Positions 48,146 through 62,765 of a stretch of DNA of 64,000 nt are shown piece after piece. How positions within the stretch are numbered: position 1 is the first letter of the stretch; each line of letters starts with the position of its first letter. The translations under genes were made by a program, and so were the position numbers. The stretch lies in assembly GCF_009914755.1 (NCBI RefSeq), contig NC_060930.1; one strand, given 5' to 3'. The notes beneath the pieces were generated by a model, which did no database searches, had not been told where the DNA came from, and worked only from the letters and a program-made list of their open reading frames with translations. This DNA comes from the human T2T-CHM13v2.0 reference genome, Homo sapiens.

Positions 48146-48399
48146 AGTACTCACATAACAGTAAGTAGCGTTATATTCCTTATCTACAAATCTGCCCATG
48201 GTATACATCAGTGTAGACTTTATTTCAACTGTTATTACTAATTGCATGGAGACTATAGCAGTTTCTGATACATTCTCATAGCAGACAGTTCTGGTCACGA
48301 CTGGTTTCTGAACCCACATTCCTCTCACTAATTGTTGCATTAACTTTTTCACTGACCAGTTTGACAACCATCCTCACTGATTGTTTTTACATTTCTTTT

Positions 48400-51300
48400 G
48401 ATTTTTAAAAAATTAATGGACTTTTTTAAAGAGCAGTTCAAGTTTACAGATGACTGAGCAGATAGTTTCCCTCATGATTAACACCTTGCATTAGTGTGGT
48501 ATGTGTGTCACAAAGGGAGAACTCAAATTGATCCATCATTATTAACAAAGGTCTGTAGTTTACTTTACAGTTCACTCTTCATGTTGTAGATTCTGCAGGT
48601 TTTGCCAAATGTATAATGTCATGTATCCACCATTACAGTATCATACAGAACAATCTCAATATACTGTGCTGCAGTTCTTCATCCCTCTGTCTATCCTCCT
48701 CCCACACCCCTGGCAACCACTGATCTTTTTACTGTCTTCATAGTTTTGCCTTTTCCAAAATATCCTATTGTTGGCATTATATAATGTATTGCCTTTTCAG
48801 ATTGGCTTCTTTCACTAAGCAGTATGCATTAAGTTTCTTCCATGCCTTTTCTTTTTTTAATGTGATGTATGTATATATTGTGAAATGATTACCACAATCA
48901 AATTAGTTGACACATCCATCACCTCAGATAGTTACCATTTTTATGTGTGTAGTGAGAACATGTAAGATCTACTCTCTTAGCAAATTCAGTTGTAAAATAA
49001 AGTATAGCTAACTAGAGTCACTACTCCATACATTGGATCCCCAGAGCTTATTCATCTTATAACTGGAAGTTTGTACCCTTTGACCACCTCCCCGGTTTTC
49101 CCACCCTTCAGCCCCTGGTAACTGTATTCTCTGTTTCTGTGAGTTCAACTTTTTTAGATTCCATGCATAAGTGAGGTCATACAACATTTGTCTATCTCTT
49201 TCTGACTTATTTCACTTAGTGTAAGCCCTGCATTTTTATTCATGTTACAAATGAAAGAATTTCCTTCTTTTATGGCTGGATAATATTTCACTGTGTACAT
49301 ATGCCATATTTTCTTTATCCATTCCTTCCTCAGTGGACACTTACATTGTTTCCCTGTCTTAGCTGTTGTTAATATTGCTGCAATGAACATGGGAGTGCAG
49401 ACATCTCTTTGAGATACTGATTTTATTTCCTTCAATATATACCTAGAATTGGGCTTGCTGGATCATATGGTAATTATATTTTTAATTTTTCAGGGAACCT
49501 CCATACTGTTTTCCGTAATGGCTATACCAGTGTACACTCCCACCAACAATGCACAGGGGCTCCTTTTTCTTCATATTCTGGCCAATACTTGTTACCTCTT
49601 GTCTTTTTGATAGTAGCCATTCTAACAGGTGTGAGGTGATTATCTCATTGTAGTTTTGATTTGCATTTCCTTGATGATAGTAATGGTGAACACCTTTTCG
49701 TGTGTCTGTTAGCCATTTGTATGTCTTTGGAAAAATGTCTATTGAGGTCCTTTACCTATTATTTATTTATTTATTGCTGTTGAGTTATATGAGTTTCTTA
49801 CATATTTTGGATATTAACCCCTTATCAGAGATATGGTTTTCAAATATTTTCTCCCATTCCATAAGTTGCCTTTTCATTTTGTTGATTGTTTCCTTTGCTG
49901 TGCAGAAGCCTTTAAGTTTGATGGAATCCCACTTGTTTGTTTTTGCTTTTGGTATCATATCCAAAAAGTCATGGCCAAGACCAATGTCAAGAATACTTTT
50001 TCTTACATTTTCTTCTAGTGGTTTTATGGTTTCATTTAAGTCTTTAATCCATTCAGAGTTAATTTTTGTGAATGGTATAAGATAAGGGTCCAATAATCAG
50101 TCTTCCCAAAACAATTTATTAAAGATACTATCTTTCCCCCATTGTATATTTTTGGTGCTGTCATCAAAAATTACTTGATCATAAACACATGGACTCATTT
50201 CTGGGCTATTCTGTTTCATTGGTCTAGACGTGTGATTTTATGCTGGTACCATTGTTCTGATTACTGCAGGTTTGTAATACAGCTTGAAATCAGGAAATGT
50301 GATGCCCCTAGCTTTGTTCTTCTTTCTCAAGATTGCTTTGGCTATTTGGGGTTTTTGTTTGTTTGTTTGTTTGTTTCTTTTGAGATGGAGTCTCACTGTG
50401 TTGGCTAGGCTGGAGTGCAGTGGCACAGTCTCCGCTCACTGCAAACTCTGCCTCCAGGGTTGAAGTGATTCTCCTGCCCTAGCCTCCCAAGTAGCTGGTA
50501 TTACAGGTGCCCACCACCATGCCTGGCTAGGTTTTGTATTTTTAGTAGAGACGCGGTTTCTCCACGTTGGCCAGGCTGGTCTCGAACTCCTGACCGCAAG
50601 TGATCCACCCACCTCGGCCTCCCAAAGTGCTGGAAGGGATTACAGGCGTGAGCCACAGCGCCTGGCCTATTTGGGGCCTTTTGTAGTTCCATGCGAATTT
50701 TAGGATTTTTTTTCTATTTTTGTGAAAAATGCCATTGGAATTTTGATAGAAAATGCATTGAGTTTATAGATTACTCTTGGTAGTATAGACATTTTAACAA
50801 TATTAATCCTTCCGAACCACGAACGTAGGACATATTTTCATTTATTTGTGTCTTCCTCAATTTATTTCATCAATGTTTTATACTTTTAGTGTATAGGTCT
50901 TTCATGTTCTTGGTTAAATGAATTGCTAAATATTTTATTGTTTTGATGCTGTTGTCAATGAGATTGCTACTTCATTTCAGGTAGGTTGTTATTCATATAC
51001 AGAAATACAACTGGTTTTCACATGTTGATATTATATCCTTTAATTTTACTGAATGTGCTTATTAGTTCTAATAATTTTTGGTGGAGTATACAGGGTTTTT
51101 ATATATAAGATCATGTCTTGTGCAAATATACAATTTTACTTCTTCCTATCTGATTTGGAAGGCTTTTATTTCTTTTTCTGCCCCAGCGAGGACTTTCAGT
51201 ACTGTCTTAAATAGAAGACAAGACACTCTCGTCTTGTTCCTGACTTCAGCTTTTCCTTTTTCTTTTTCTTTGTTTTTTCGAGACGAGGTCTTGCTGTATT

Positions 51301-52700
51301 GCCCAGTCTAGTATGCAGTGGCATGATCATAGCTCACTGTGGCCTTGAACTCTGGGTTCAAGTAATCCTCTTCTCTCAGCCTCCTGAGTAACTGCAACTA
51401 TAGCTGTGTGCTGCCACAGCCCGCTAATTGTCATATTTTTTTAGAGACAGGTCTCACTGCTCACTGTGTTGGCCAGGCTGGTCTCAAACTCCTGGCCTCA
51501 AGTGATCTTCCCACATCAGCTTCCCAAAGTGTTGGAATTACAGGTGTGAGCCACCATGCCCACTCAGCTTTCAGCCTTCACCATTGAGTATGATGTTAGC
51601 TGTGGGCTTGTGATATATGGCCTTTATTGTGTTGCGGAACATTCCTTTTGAGAGTTTTTATCATGAAAGGATGTTGAATTTTGTCAAACGTTTTTCCACA
51701 GATACTGAGATGATCATCATATGGTGTTTGTATTTCACTCTGTCAGTGTGGTGTATCATATTTATTTATTTGTATATGTTGAACTATCCTTGCATCCCAG
51801 GGATAAATCCCCCTTGATCATGGTGTGTGAAATCTTTAATGTGTTGTTGAATTTAGTTTGCTAGTATTTTGTCGAGGATTTTTGCATCTATGTTCATTGA
51901 GGATATTGGCCTGTAATTTTCTTTTCTTGTGGTGTCCTTATCTGGCTTTGGTATGAGGGTAATTCTGGGCCCATAAAACGTGTTTGGAAGTGTTCTCTCC
52001 TCTTCGGCTTTCTGGAAGAGTTTGAGAAAGACTGACGTTAAATTAAAAGTTAAAGATTGAAGCTTTAAATATTTGGTAGAACTCACTAGTGAAGCCATTT
52101 GGTCCTTTACTTTTCTCGTTGAGTCTTTTTATTACTATTCATTCTCCTCACCATTGTTGGTCTGTTCAGATTTTCTATTACTTATGATTTAGTTTTGGTA
52201 GGTTGTCTGTTTCTAGTTGTTTATTTATTTCTTTTAGGTTACCCAATTGTGGCCATATAATTGTTCATAGTAGTGTCTTATGATCTTTTCTATTTCTGTG
52301 GTATCAATTGTAACCTTCATGTCTTTTTGAGTCTTAATAGCCCATATCTTTTTATTACTGGATGTACCACGGTTCATTTATCCATTTACCATTTTAAGGA
52401 CATCTTGGTTTCTTCCAGTTTTGGCAAATTATGTCTAAACATATATAAACATTGGTGTGGAGTTTTTTGTGTACACATATTTTCAACTCATTTGGGTAAA
52501 TACCTAGGATCATATGGTAAGACTATGTTTAGGTTTGTAAGAAAACTTCCAAACTGTCTTCCAAAGTGGCTGCACCATTTTGCAATCTCACTAGCAATGA
52601 ATGACAGTTCCTGTTGCTTCACATCTGTACTAACATTTAATACTATCATTTTTTTGTAGGGTGGGGTGGGGAGTTCTAGCCATTCTAATAGGTGTGTTTT
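48400..52700 (-). mobile_element. Nested L1 block: L1MA-type (~48850-52310) inside an older L1MB/MC, plus reverse Alus at 50351-50668 and 51250-51566
   Basis: ORF2p remnants [19 protein letters not shown] and [20 protein letters not shown]; two L1 3' ends; multiple stops. Confidence 0.88.
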
Positions 52701-52991
52701 TTACTTTATAAATTGATTCAATTACTTAATTTGTTCAAAATAACCAAACAGGTTATGCACTCAACAGGTCTATATTTTTGCTAGATGGAAAACTGGAAAC
52801 AACATCTCAAAGCAAAGGGCCTAAACTTTTGTATTATTGTTTTGCAAGTCCCGCCGTCTAAAAAATGCAGTGTCCAGATACTGTTAATGTTAAATTCAGG
52901 GAGAAGCTCCCTAAAGTCATGTAACAGTTTAATCATTGGACAATAAACTTTCACCAAAAGGCTTCACAGCTCCTAAAAGAAATGACACACA

Positions 52992-53680
<689 letters not shown>

Positions 53681-54206
53681 TCAAAGAGTGGTAGCTTTGG
53701 AATTAGCAGCTGGATTTGAACAGTGGTTTTACATTTAATAGGCTGTATGTGTATTCAGATAATTATCTCTTCTGAGCCTCAATTTACTTGTCTATAAAAC
53801 TGGGAAAATAACTCATAGTTACCAAGATGATTTTGACTTTTAGAGATTATGTTTTTTAAAATGCCTAGCATCTAGTTCTTGGTAGCATAATTGCATATCT
53901 CTTGTATGCCCCTAATAGTGCCCTGCACATGGTTCACAATTCATAAAAATTATTTGAATTCTAGTTCAATTGTTTAATGGAAATGAATTTGAATCACCAA
54001 AATTCCCTAGTCTGAAGAAATAGTTGAACTATCCTATGAACACATGAAGTAGCTAAAATGTAGTTTCATTTTTCTATATATTTGCCAGTTTTAAATAGAT
54101 GGAATACAGAATACACAAGGTATTTTAAATGAAACTTGCTTATACATTATAAGAATTTGATGCATGCTAAAATTTCCAGTAGTTTGGGATTTCCCTGGAA
54201 TAGCTA

Positions 54207-54483
<277 letters not shown>

Positions 54484-55301
54484 CTAGATTGTATAAACTG
54501 GGCAGTTGGCAGAGCTAAGTTACAGTAATTCACCATCTTGGGGTTGGCAGAAATGTGCATACAGTAACTATATTGTCAGAAACCAGAGGCCTGATCTTCC
54601 CTCTGTCTATTCTTTTTCACATAGCTTTTCTTCTGAAAGAGAAGAATTACATTTGTTAATATTTGTTTTAAATATTAATTATAACAAACAAAGGCCACAG
54701 ATGAAGCATTTCATAGGGTTTCCTAATCCTTTTGGAAATTGTTTCAAAGAGAAGGAAATTATTGTAAGTAAGCAGGCATAACAAAATCGTGTTTTAAATA
54801 AAAAAGGTAAGTATGAAAAGAGGATCAGAGAAGTGACCCTGAATTCCACTCAATTCTCTAAGAAGCTTCAACCTGTAACCAGAAGGATTCAATCTCTGGG
54901 CCAGATAGGATCTTCAAAACAAAACTGGATCAGGGGCCTAGGTAGATACCCCAAGAAGGGCAGATTCAAATGTCTGGCGCCATCTATAGTGACAACCTCT
55001 CTTGTCTTTTGTTCTTTCCCTGTTGGGAACTTCTAGGAATTTGCAGACCTATAAAGCCCATCTATAAATCTCAAGCATGTCCACTTTCAGAGAAGAGAAA
55101 TGCTGACAACCATTTAGTCTCTGAGGACAACACTTTTAAAGGTACTATTTTATTTAGTGTGTAAACAACTTCTTTATATGAGGTATTTAGTGGTTAGAAA
55201 GGAAAACTTGTTAAAGGTAGAAAAATAACTTTTGGCAATTTTTAATAGTATGAAATTTAGTGGTATAGATAAGATTTTGATTGACTGAAAGTGAAGCTAT
55301 A

Positions 55302-55602
55302 GGCTGGGTACAGTGGCTCACACCTGTAATCCCAGCACTTTGGGAGGCCGAGGCGGGTGGATCACCTGAGGTCAGGAGTTCAAGACCAGCCTGGCCAACA
55401 TGGTGAAAGCCAGTCTCTACTAAAAATACAAAAATTAGCCAGGTGTGGTGGCAGACGCCTATATCCCAGCTACTCAGGAGGCTGAGGCAGAAGAATTGCT
55501 GAACCCAGGAGGCAGAGGTTGCAGTGAGCTGAGATCTTACCACTGCACTCCACCCTGGGTGACAAAGCGAGACTCTGTCTCAAAAAAAAAAAAAAAAAAA
55601 AA
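55302..55602 (+). mobile_element. AluSx-like
   Basis: Full dimer; TSD aaagtgaagc(t/c)at. Confidence 0.95.
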
Positions 55603-57486
55603 GTGAAGCCATGTAAGGACTTCTAATCTTTATCTGGTGAAAGCAGAACTTTCAATTATCATAGAGTTTCTACTATGTGACATAGAGTTCTGTATCATTT
55701 TATACAATTACTCCTCCAAAAAGGCTGGTTTGGGAGGCAAATAGGAGGCCTGATAATAGCCAGCCAAGTAATTTGACATAAGGCTAGAAACAAAAACCCA
55801 AAGCAGCACATCATAAAGATGGAATAATAAAATAAAAGTTGGGAATAATGACGCTGCCATCCGGCGTTAATTGATGTGCAAAAGCACTCAGTTCCCAGGA
55901 GAAAAGAATTATTTAAATGCAAATTTGTATTATTAGTACTACTTAAATTGTTGTAATAAATTCATGAAAATAAGACACCTCTCTAGTTTAATACATATAT
56001 AAAACCTAATAAAATATTTATGAGCCACATCCAGCAGTTTTAGCATTTTGCATAAAAAATTGGTAAACATGATGAAACATTTCTCTAATCCAAGATCAAA
56101 CATATTTGATATAATTTAGAACCACACAAAGTGATTGCAAATGCTATTTAGTTTGAAAACTATAGGGCACCCTCACACATTCCCCTGAAAGAACAAAAAG
56201 ATCATGCTTTGAAAAAGAGATTTTAGAGCCATTGAATCTCTTTTTAGAGTATGGGAAGAATAGAAGTACTTTGGACAGAGCAGTTTCTGACAGAAGATGA
56301 TTTGGGTTTATACGAGATATACAGAACTATTATGCAGTTTTACTGCATGCCACAACACAGAATTTCTTAATATCTTTCAGCCACACTAAGTCATCTGAGT
56401 AGAAGTGTATGAATATATTATAAGCTCAGAAAATGGCATCTAAAAGCAATAGAATATTACAGTGTGAATCAGGAAATTTTTCACGTTTTGAAGGTTTCAA
56501 ATGACTTGGTTTAATAAATAAATAAAACTTGTAATACCTAGAAAATTGATGTTGAATGGGAAAAATAAAATATTGCTATTAATGACTTGGCATTCAGTAC
56601 TTACATTATTGATGACTTAACATGCTGGCATGTGATTCCCAGCTGTTTTAAGGTGACGCTACAGATGTGTGATTCCCTAGAGCCATTTTTCTCTATCTCT
56701 GTTATGGCCTTTATTACTTGCTACCTTTTACATATTTATGTAAAAGTCTTTTTCTCCCTCCAGGTCAAAAGTTTCTGGAGGATAAGAAGTGTATCTGATT
56801 TATCTTTTGTATCTCCGTGGTGCTTAGCACATGATTTACATATATTTGGAACTCGGTAAATTCTCCAATAGAACAAACAGTAAATCTTTTTAAAAATCAT
56901 GTTTTACAACTTAAATTATTATGAATGGGGAAAACAGTAGAAGAAATGTATACCAATATGTTAATAGAAATTGGGTTAGGATAGTGGAATGATTGTCTTT
57001 TCTTTTTTCTATTCTAACTTGTTTATAATACATTATTTTTCTAATAGAATAAATAACAAAGTGACACTTAATATTCTACCAGGTCATATTACTTTATTAG
57101 AATTATGGTGACGTCTCACCATGACAGTGACACCCCACCCCACAGCCCACCCTCATACTCCCCATCACCAGCGTCCTCTCCTCCCCTGTCCTGTCTAGCT
57201 GATTAATGATGGAACAGGAACAACTTGAAAAAGATACGTTTGGAAGGAGTGGAAAGAGCTGGTGGAGCAGAGGGAAGGTTTAACCATGAGATTCATTCAG
57301 AATTCATTCATTCATTCAGAAACACTGAGTGGTCTGATAGGTGGGAAATGCTTGGGGTCAGACCGTAGCAATAGGGGAAGAATGCAGAGGCCTCCAAGTC
57401 AGAGGCAGCAGCAGAGCCAACCACACTCTAGGTGCCATCAGCCCAGATACCCAGAGACCAACTACCCAAGCAACATTGCATTCGAT

Positions 57487-57730
57487 CCAGGGAGGAATTA
57501 GGAGTTCAAGATCACCCTGGGCAACATAGCGAGACCCCCATCTCTTAAAAAAAATATTAGCTGGGTGTAGTGGCGCATACCATGGTAGTTGCAGCTACTG
57601 GGGAGGCTGAGGTGGGAGGGTCTCTTGAGCCTGGGAGTTCTAGGCTGCAGTGAGCCGGGTCGTGCCACTGCACTCCAGCCTGGGTGATGGAGTGAGACCT
57701 CATTGCAAAAATAAATACAATTTAAAAAAT
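57487..57730 (+). mobile_element. 5'-truncated AluJ-like
   Basis: Alu consensus. Confidence 0.88.
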
Positions 57731-57769
57731 AAAATATAATAACTGCCTAAAATGGAAAGAAACATCTTT

Positions 57770-58860
57770 TTAAAACATTTAAAAATTGTTATGGGTACAT
57801 AATAGTTGTATATATTTATGGGGTACATGTGACGTTTTGATACAGGCATACAATGTGTAATGATCAAGTCAGGGTAATTGGAGTACCTGTCACCTCAAGC
57901 ATTTATCATTTTTTTGTATTGGGAACATTATAATTCCACTCTTTTGGTTATTAAAAATATGCAATAATTTATTGTTAACTATAGTCACCCTATTTATTGT
58001 GCTACTGAATACTAGATCTTATTCATTCTATCTAATTGTATTTTTGTATCCATTAATGATTCCACTTCATGTCCCCTTTACCGACTACCCTTCTCAGTAT
58101 CTAGTATCCATCATTCTACTTTATATTTCCATGAATTCAGTTTTTTTTTCAGCTCCCACAAATGAGTGAGAACATGCAATATTTGTCTCTCTGTACCTGG
58201 CTTATTTCACTTAAAATATTGTCCTCCAGTTTCATCCATGTCGTTGCAAATGACAGTATTTCATTATTTTCTGTGGCTGAAAATTTTGTCTATATACCAC
58301 ATTTTCTTTATCCATTCATCTGTTGATGGACACTTATGTTGATTCCATATCTTCGCTATTGTGAATAGTGCTGCAGTAAACATGGGAGAGCAGATTCTCT
58401 TCGATATACTGATTTCCTTTCTTCTGGACGTATACCCAGCAGTGGGATTGCTGGATCATATGTTACTTCTATTTTTAATTTTTTGTGGAACTACCATACT
58501 GTTCTCCATAGTGGCTGTACTAATTTGCATTCCCACCAACCTTTCTCCACATCCTCACCAGCATCTGTTATTCCCTGCCTTTTTTGTAAAGGCCATTTTA
58601 ACTGGGGTGAGATGATACCTCATTGTAGTTTTGAGCTGCATTTTTCTGATGATTAGTGGTGTTGACTATTTTTTCATATACCTGCCAGCCATTTATTTGC
58701 ATGTCTTCTTTTGAGAAATGTCTATTCAGATCTTTTGCTCGTTTTTAAATTGGATTGATTTTTTTCCTATTGAGTTGCTTAAGTTCCTTATATATTCTGG
58801 TTATTAATCCCTTGTCAGATGAATAGTTTGCAAATATTTTCTTCCATTCTGTGGGTTGTA
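57770..58860 (-). mobile_element. L1MA-type 3' fragment
   Basis: gggtacataatagttgta... through ORF2 C-terminal remnants. Confidence 0.88.
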
Positions 58861-58962
58861 GAAATGTCTCTTAAATGGCAGGATCAAATGTTTGTTTTCT
58901 GCCATCCCTGGGAAAAGGGTGTGAGAGCCATATTATTTAATTTATCATTTAAAATGGAATTA

Positions 58963-59353
58963 TAGTCATCCTTGGGTATTGTGGGGGATTGGTTCTAGGA
59001 CCCCCTCAGATACCAAAATCTGAGGATGCTCAAGTCCTTGATATAAAATGGCCTAGTATTTGCATATAGCATACAAACATCCTTCCATATACTTTAAACC
59101 ATCTCTAGATTACTTATAATACCTAATACAATGGAAATTCTATGTAAATAGTTATACCATATTGTTTTTATTTGTATTATTTGTAGTGTTGTATTGTTAT
59201 TTTAAATTTTTTCCAAATTATTATTTCCAAGAAATAGTAATTCTACATCATGCAGGAAAAAAAATGCTATTATTACAGGCCTTACATTTTATTTTGGATC
59301 CAAGGTTGGTTGAATCTGTGGCTGTGGAACCCTCACATACAGGGGGCTGACTG
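58963..59353. mobile_element. MER2 (Tigger) MITE
   Basis: agtcatccttgggtattgtgggggattggttc...gggggctgactg. Confidence 0.8.
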
Positions 59354-59389
59354 CACTTATGAGGGACATGATAATCCATTACATGTTTC

Positions 59390-59730
59390 TGTTAAAAAAG
59401 AAAATTTAATTGGGAGGCCATTAGGCTGAGGTGGCTCCAGTGCCTTGGGCTCCTATGTAAAAAAACCAAAGCCCAGTGTAAACAGTAAAACAAAACTTAA
59501 GCTTAACCAATCAGAAATTGCCAACCAGCCTCTAACTAGGGACTTTCCACACTAACCACTGAAGTATATTTTCTTTGTCTTGCTTCTGGACCTTATAAGT
59601 TTCTCTCTTGCCTGTCCCCCTACAGTGAAGCTCTGAACCACTTGTAGCCTAGTGCTGCCTGATTCATGAATTGCTGTCTGCCCAAATAAACTCTTCAAAA
59701 TTTTGTTTTGCCTAAGTTTACCTTTTAACA
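59390..59730 (+). mobile_element. Solo ERV1 LTR (MER93/MER57-like)
   Basis: TGTTAAAA...TTTTAACA inverted ends; CCAAT, TATAA and AATAAA in order. Confidence 0.75.
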
Positions 59731-60020
59731 TTCCCAACAAAGAATCTCTAAGCAAAAATCATTTTGTAGATTTTCAATTCAATAAATGATCTTGGAACCT
59801 AAAGACTAATAACTGTGCATCCTGAACAAGTGCTGTTCAGACTCACTTCAACAGTATCAGCAAGAAAAAATGTGACTTTGAAAGTCATTTAAGGAAATAA
59901 TAATTCTATATCATAAAAAAATGCTATTATTATAGTTCTTACATTTTATTTCATGAGAAACTACTAGTGGCACTGCATAATTGAAATCAACTTGAGAAGG
60001 GAATTCAATGTTAAAATTCA

Positions 60021-60215
<195 letters not shown>

Positions 60216-62634
60216 CTATGCAATGAATATTTACAAAGCAGCTACCATGTGCCAGGCATTGTTCTCTAACAGTATAGACTAGTGGAAGAGTTTCAGAGTA
60301 GAATTCCTTTTCTCATAAGATGGACATTGTGCTTGTGCATTGGTTAAACTTTTATCTCAAAGGAACCAACTTATATTCTGCAGTAATATCCTGTTCTTCA
60401 GAAACCCCACTTGTATTACACCAAAAATTTCTTCCACATCTTGGAACCCTTACCTGGTGCTATTTGAAAAAACTTCAGCTTTTACAACGTTTCATTGTAC
60501 ATAAAGTTTTATTCTACCTGAGAGAAGAAAGAGAAGTAGCACTACAAGGGGCACTGAATTAATTTTCTTATAAGAAGGAGTGGATGGCACATAAAACATG
60601 ATGGGCTGAGATAATGAAGGCTTCTCTCTAGGATACCTAGAGAGAGACCTCAATTGAGCTGTGATAATATCTGAATGAAATTGGACAGAACCAAAACTTT
60701 AAAAACTGATTTAAACTGCATCAAAGAAACTTGGCCTTGTTCTTTCATTATGTAAACTTATAGCCATTTAAAATAGAGTTACACTTAATGACACATTTTA
60801 CTTGTAAACCACATTTGAGCTCAAGCTACTGCTGATGATTCAAAAGAAGAAAGGTTCATGTTTGAATAATTTTTCCTCATGCTGTCACTAACAGATTTGG
60901 AAGATGTGTAACTAGCATTTTGGCATTGAATTTTCCTTCAAGTCAGACTGGGGACATTTTAGTACTCTCCAAGTCAGGAACACAGTCAAGAACATGGTCA
61001 GTGCAGCATGAAAAATGCAAGGACACTGATTTAGAAGAATTAGGCTTAAGCTGAGTGTCACCACTGTTTACTAACTGTGATTCAGTCTTTCTGATTTTTA
61101 TCCATAAAATGGGATCCTTCCAAGGAACAAGCAAATGAAATCACATGTAGGCATGTGCTTCATAAACTATGAAGTGTTAAATAAATGTAAGACATTGTTT
61201 TGTAATTATATAATTTGTGAGGTAAATTTACATTTAATAAGAGTAGTAATCTCAATTCTGATGGCCTGAGACACTTGATATTATATCAAGTGGAGCTAAA
61301 ATTCTATGAAATTATGTAAAAACAAATATTTTAGAATCTTATAAATAAAATAAAATTACTCTTATTAAGATCACCAAAGCTTGAATTGGAATAAAAGAAA
61401 AAAGGGGACAATTACAGTTCAAGACACAAATTATCAGTTCTTAGGGAGAAAAGTGTTTTAAAGTTCCCTGCCAATCTTTAATAGCTAGTAGGTTTTAAAA
61501 CTAGTCAAATTTAGCATAGCAATAAAACTTGAAGTTATGTTCAAATCATGCTGATATTATATGCAAATGTACAATTCAGCATTACAGTCATGGTAATACT
61601 TACGATGAGATGACTAAGAGTTAAAGTAACCAGTGTTTCAGTCTTGCTGCATCTTTTCACAGCTGTGAGAGTTCCGGTCTTGAAATAATACACAGTTCTA
61701 TCAAATTAAACCTGCATTTTATTATAATAGGTCTATATCATACTAATGCTTATTTGTATTTTTGATTGATATGTATGCGTTAAATTTTAGTAGAATGAAG
61801 AAAAACAGTGGAATTAATTGGACCCATTGATCTCTTTAACTTGTATAAAAACTGTCTTTTACTAACAAGTAATACTAAATTGGCACATCATTTCTGAAGT
61901 TTAATTTCTCTAACAATGTGCAGTATAGGAAGAACATGGAACCCGATTAGAAAGTGCCATCCAATGCTGCATGTATATTTATGGCGTTTGTCAAACCAAG
62001 CATCTCACATACATAAAATTGTAAACGTATTGCTTTTACAATAATATGTACTGTCTGCCTAGTTTGTTTTTCTTATGGCTCTTGTCAGCTGAGGAAATTT
62101 CACTTTGTAACTGCCCTGTTAATTCTGCCTTTCTGGGTCTGAGCAGTGTAACAATGTGGCATCCAGAGCTTATCCAGATGAGCGGAGAGCAAATGAATTT
62201 CCTTCTGCTCCCCTGTTGAAGAGGAGAGAAAAATTCTTCAAGCTGTAAGTGCTCAGAGAGCATCATACTATTCTTTACAGTAGACTAATCTCAAGACCAT
62301 GAGTTCCTAGGGGCTGCAGAGTCCAAGGCAAATCCCACTGATCCTTTCTCATATTTGCACAGGGGTCAAATCAAGTTCAGAGGAATAGCCCCATGGGGAT
62401 GGGAAGCCTCCAGATATGCAGGTAAAGGAAAGGCCATGCAAGAGAGAAGCCTGCAGCCTCCAGGGACTTGCTTTGGCGACTGGGGTGTGGGGTGTTTACG
62501 GCCTCATTTTGTGCCAAAGCCACTCTCTTTTCCCGGACTCACTACTTCTCAGAGTCCCTCCTGACCATGAAAATTAGGACAGAAAATCACAAGGCAGTCA
62601 CCCCAATTTCTTAAAGTCTAGGAACAACTCAGCT

Positions 62635-62765
62635 AGGGCCAGCTTCCTGGGCATGCGACCTGTGCAGTCACAAAGGGCTCCAGGCTTACAAGAGCCCCGC
62701 ACTTGGCATAATGCTCTGCCATCTCCATCTTGAAATTCTTAAGACTCTTTGAACAAAGAGTCCAT
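62635..62765. mobile_element. MER53 hAT fragment
   Basis: agggccagcttcctgggcatgcgacctgtgcagtc...cttgaaattcttaa. Confidence 0.75.

Noticed and set aside
49154-52098. Reverse-transcriptase-like ORFs
   Set aside because: Fragmented L1 ORF2 remnants with stops, deletions and Alu interruptions
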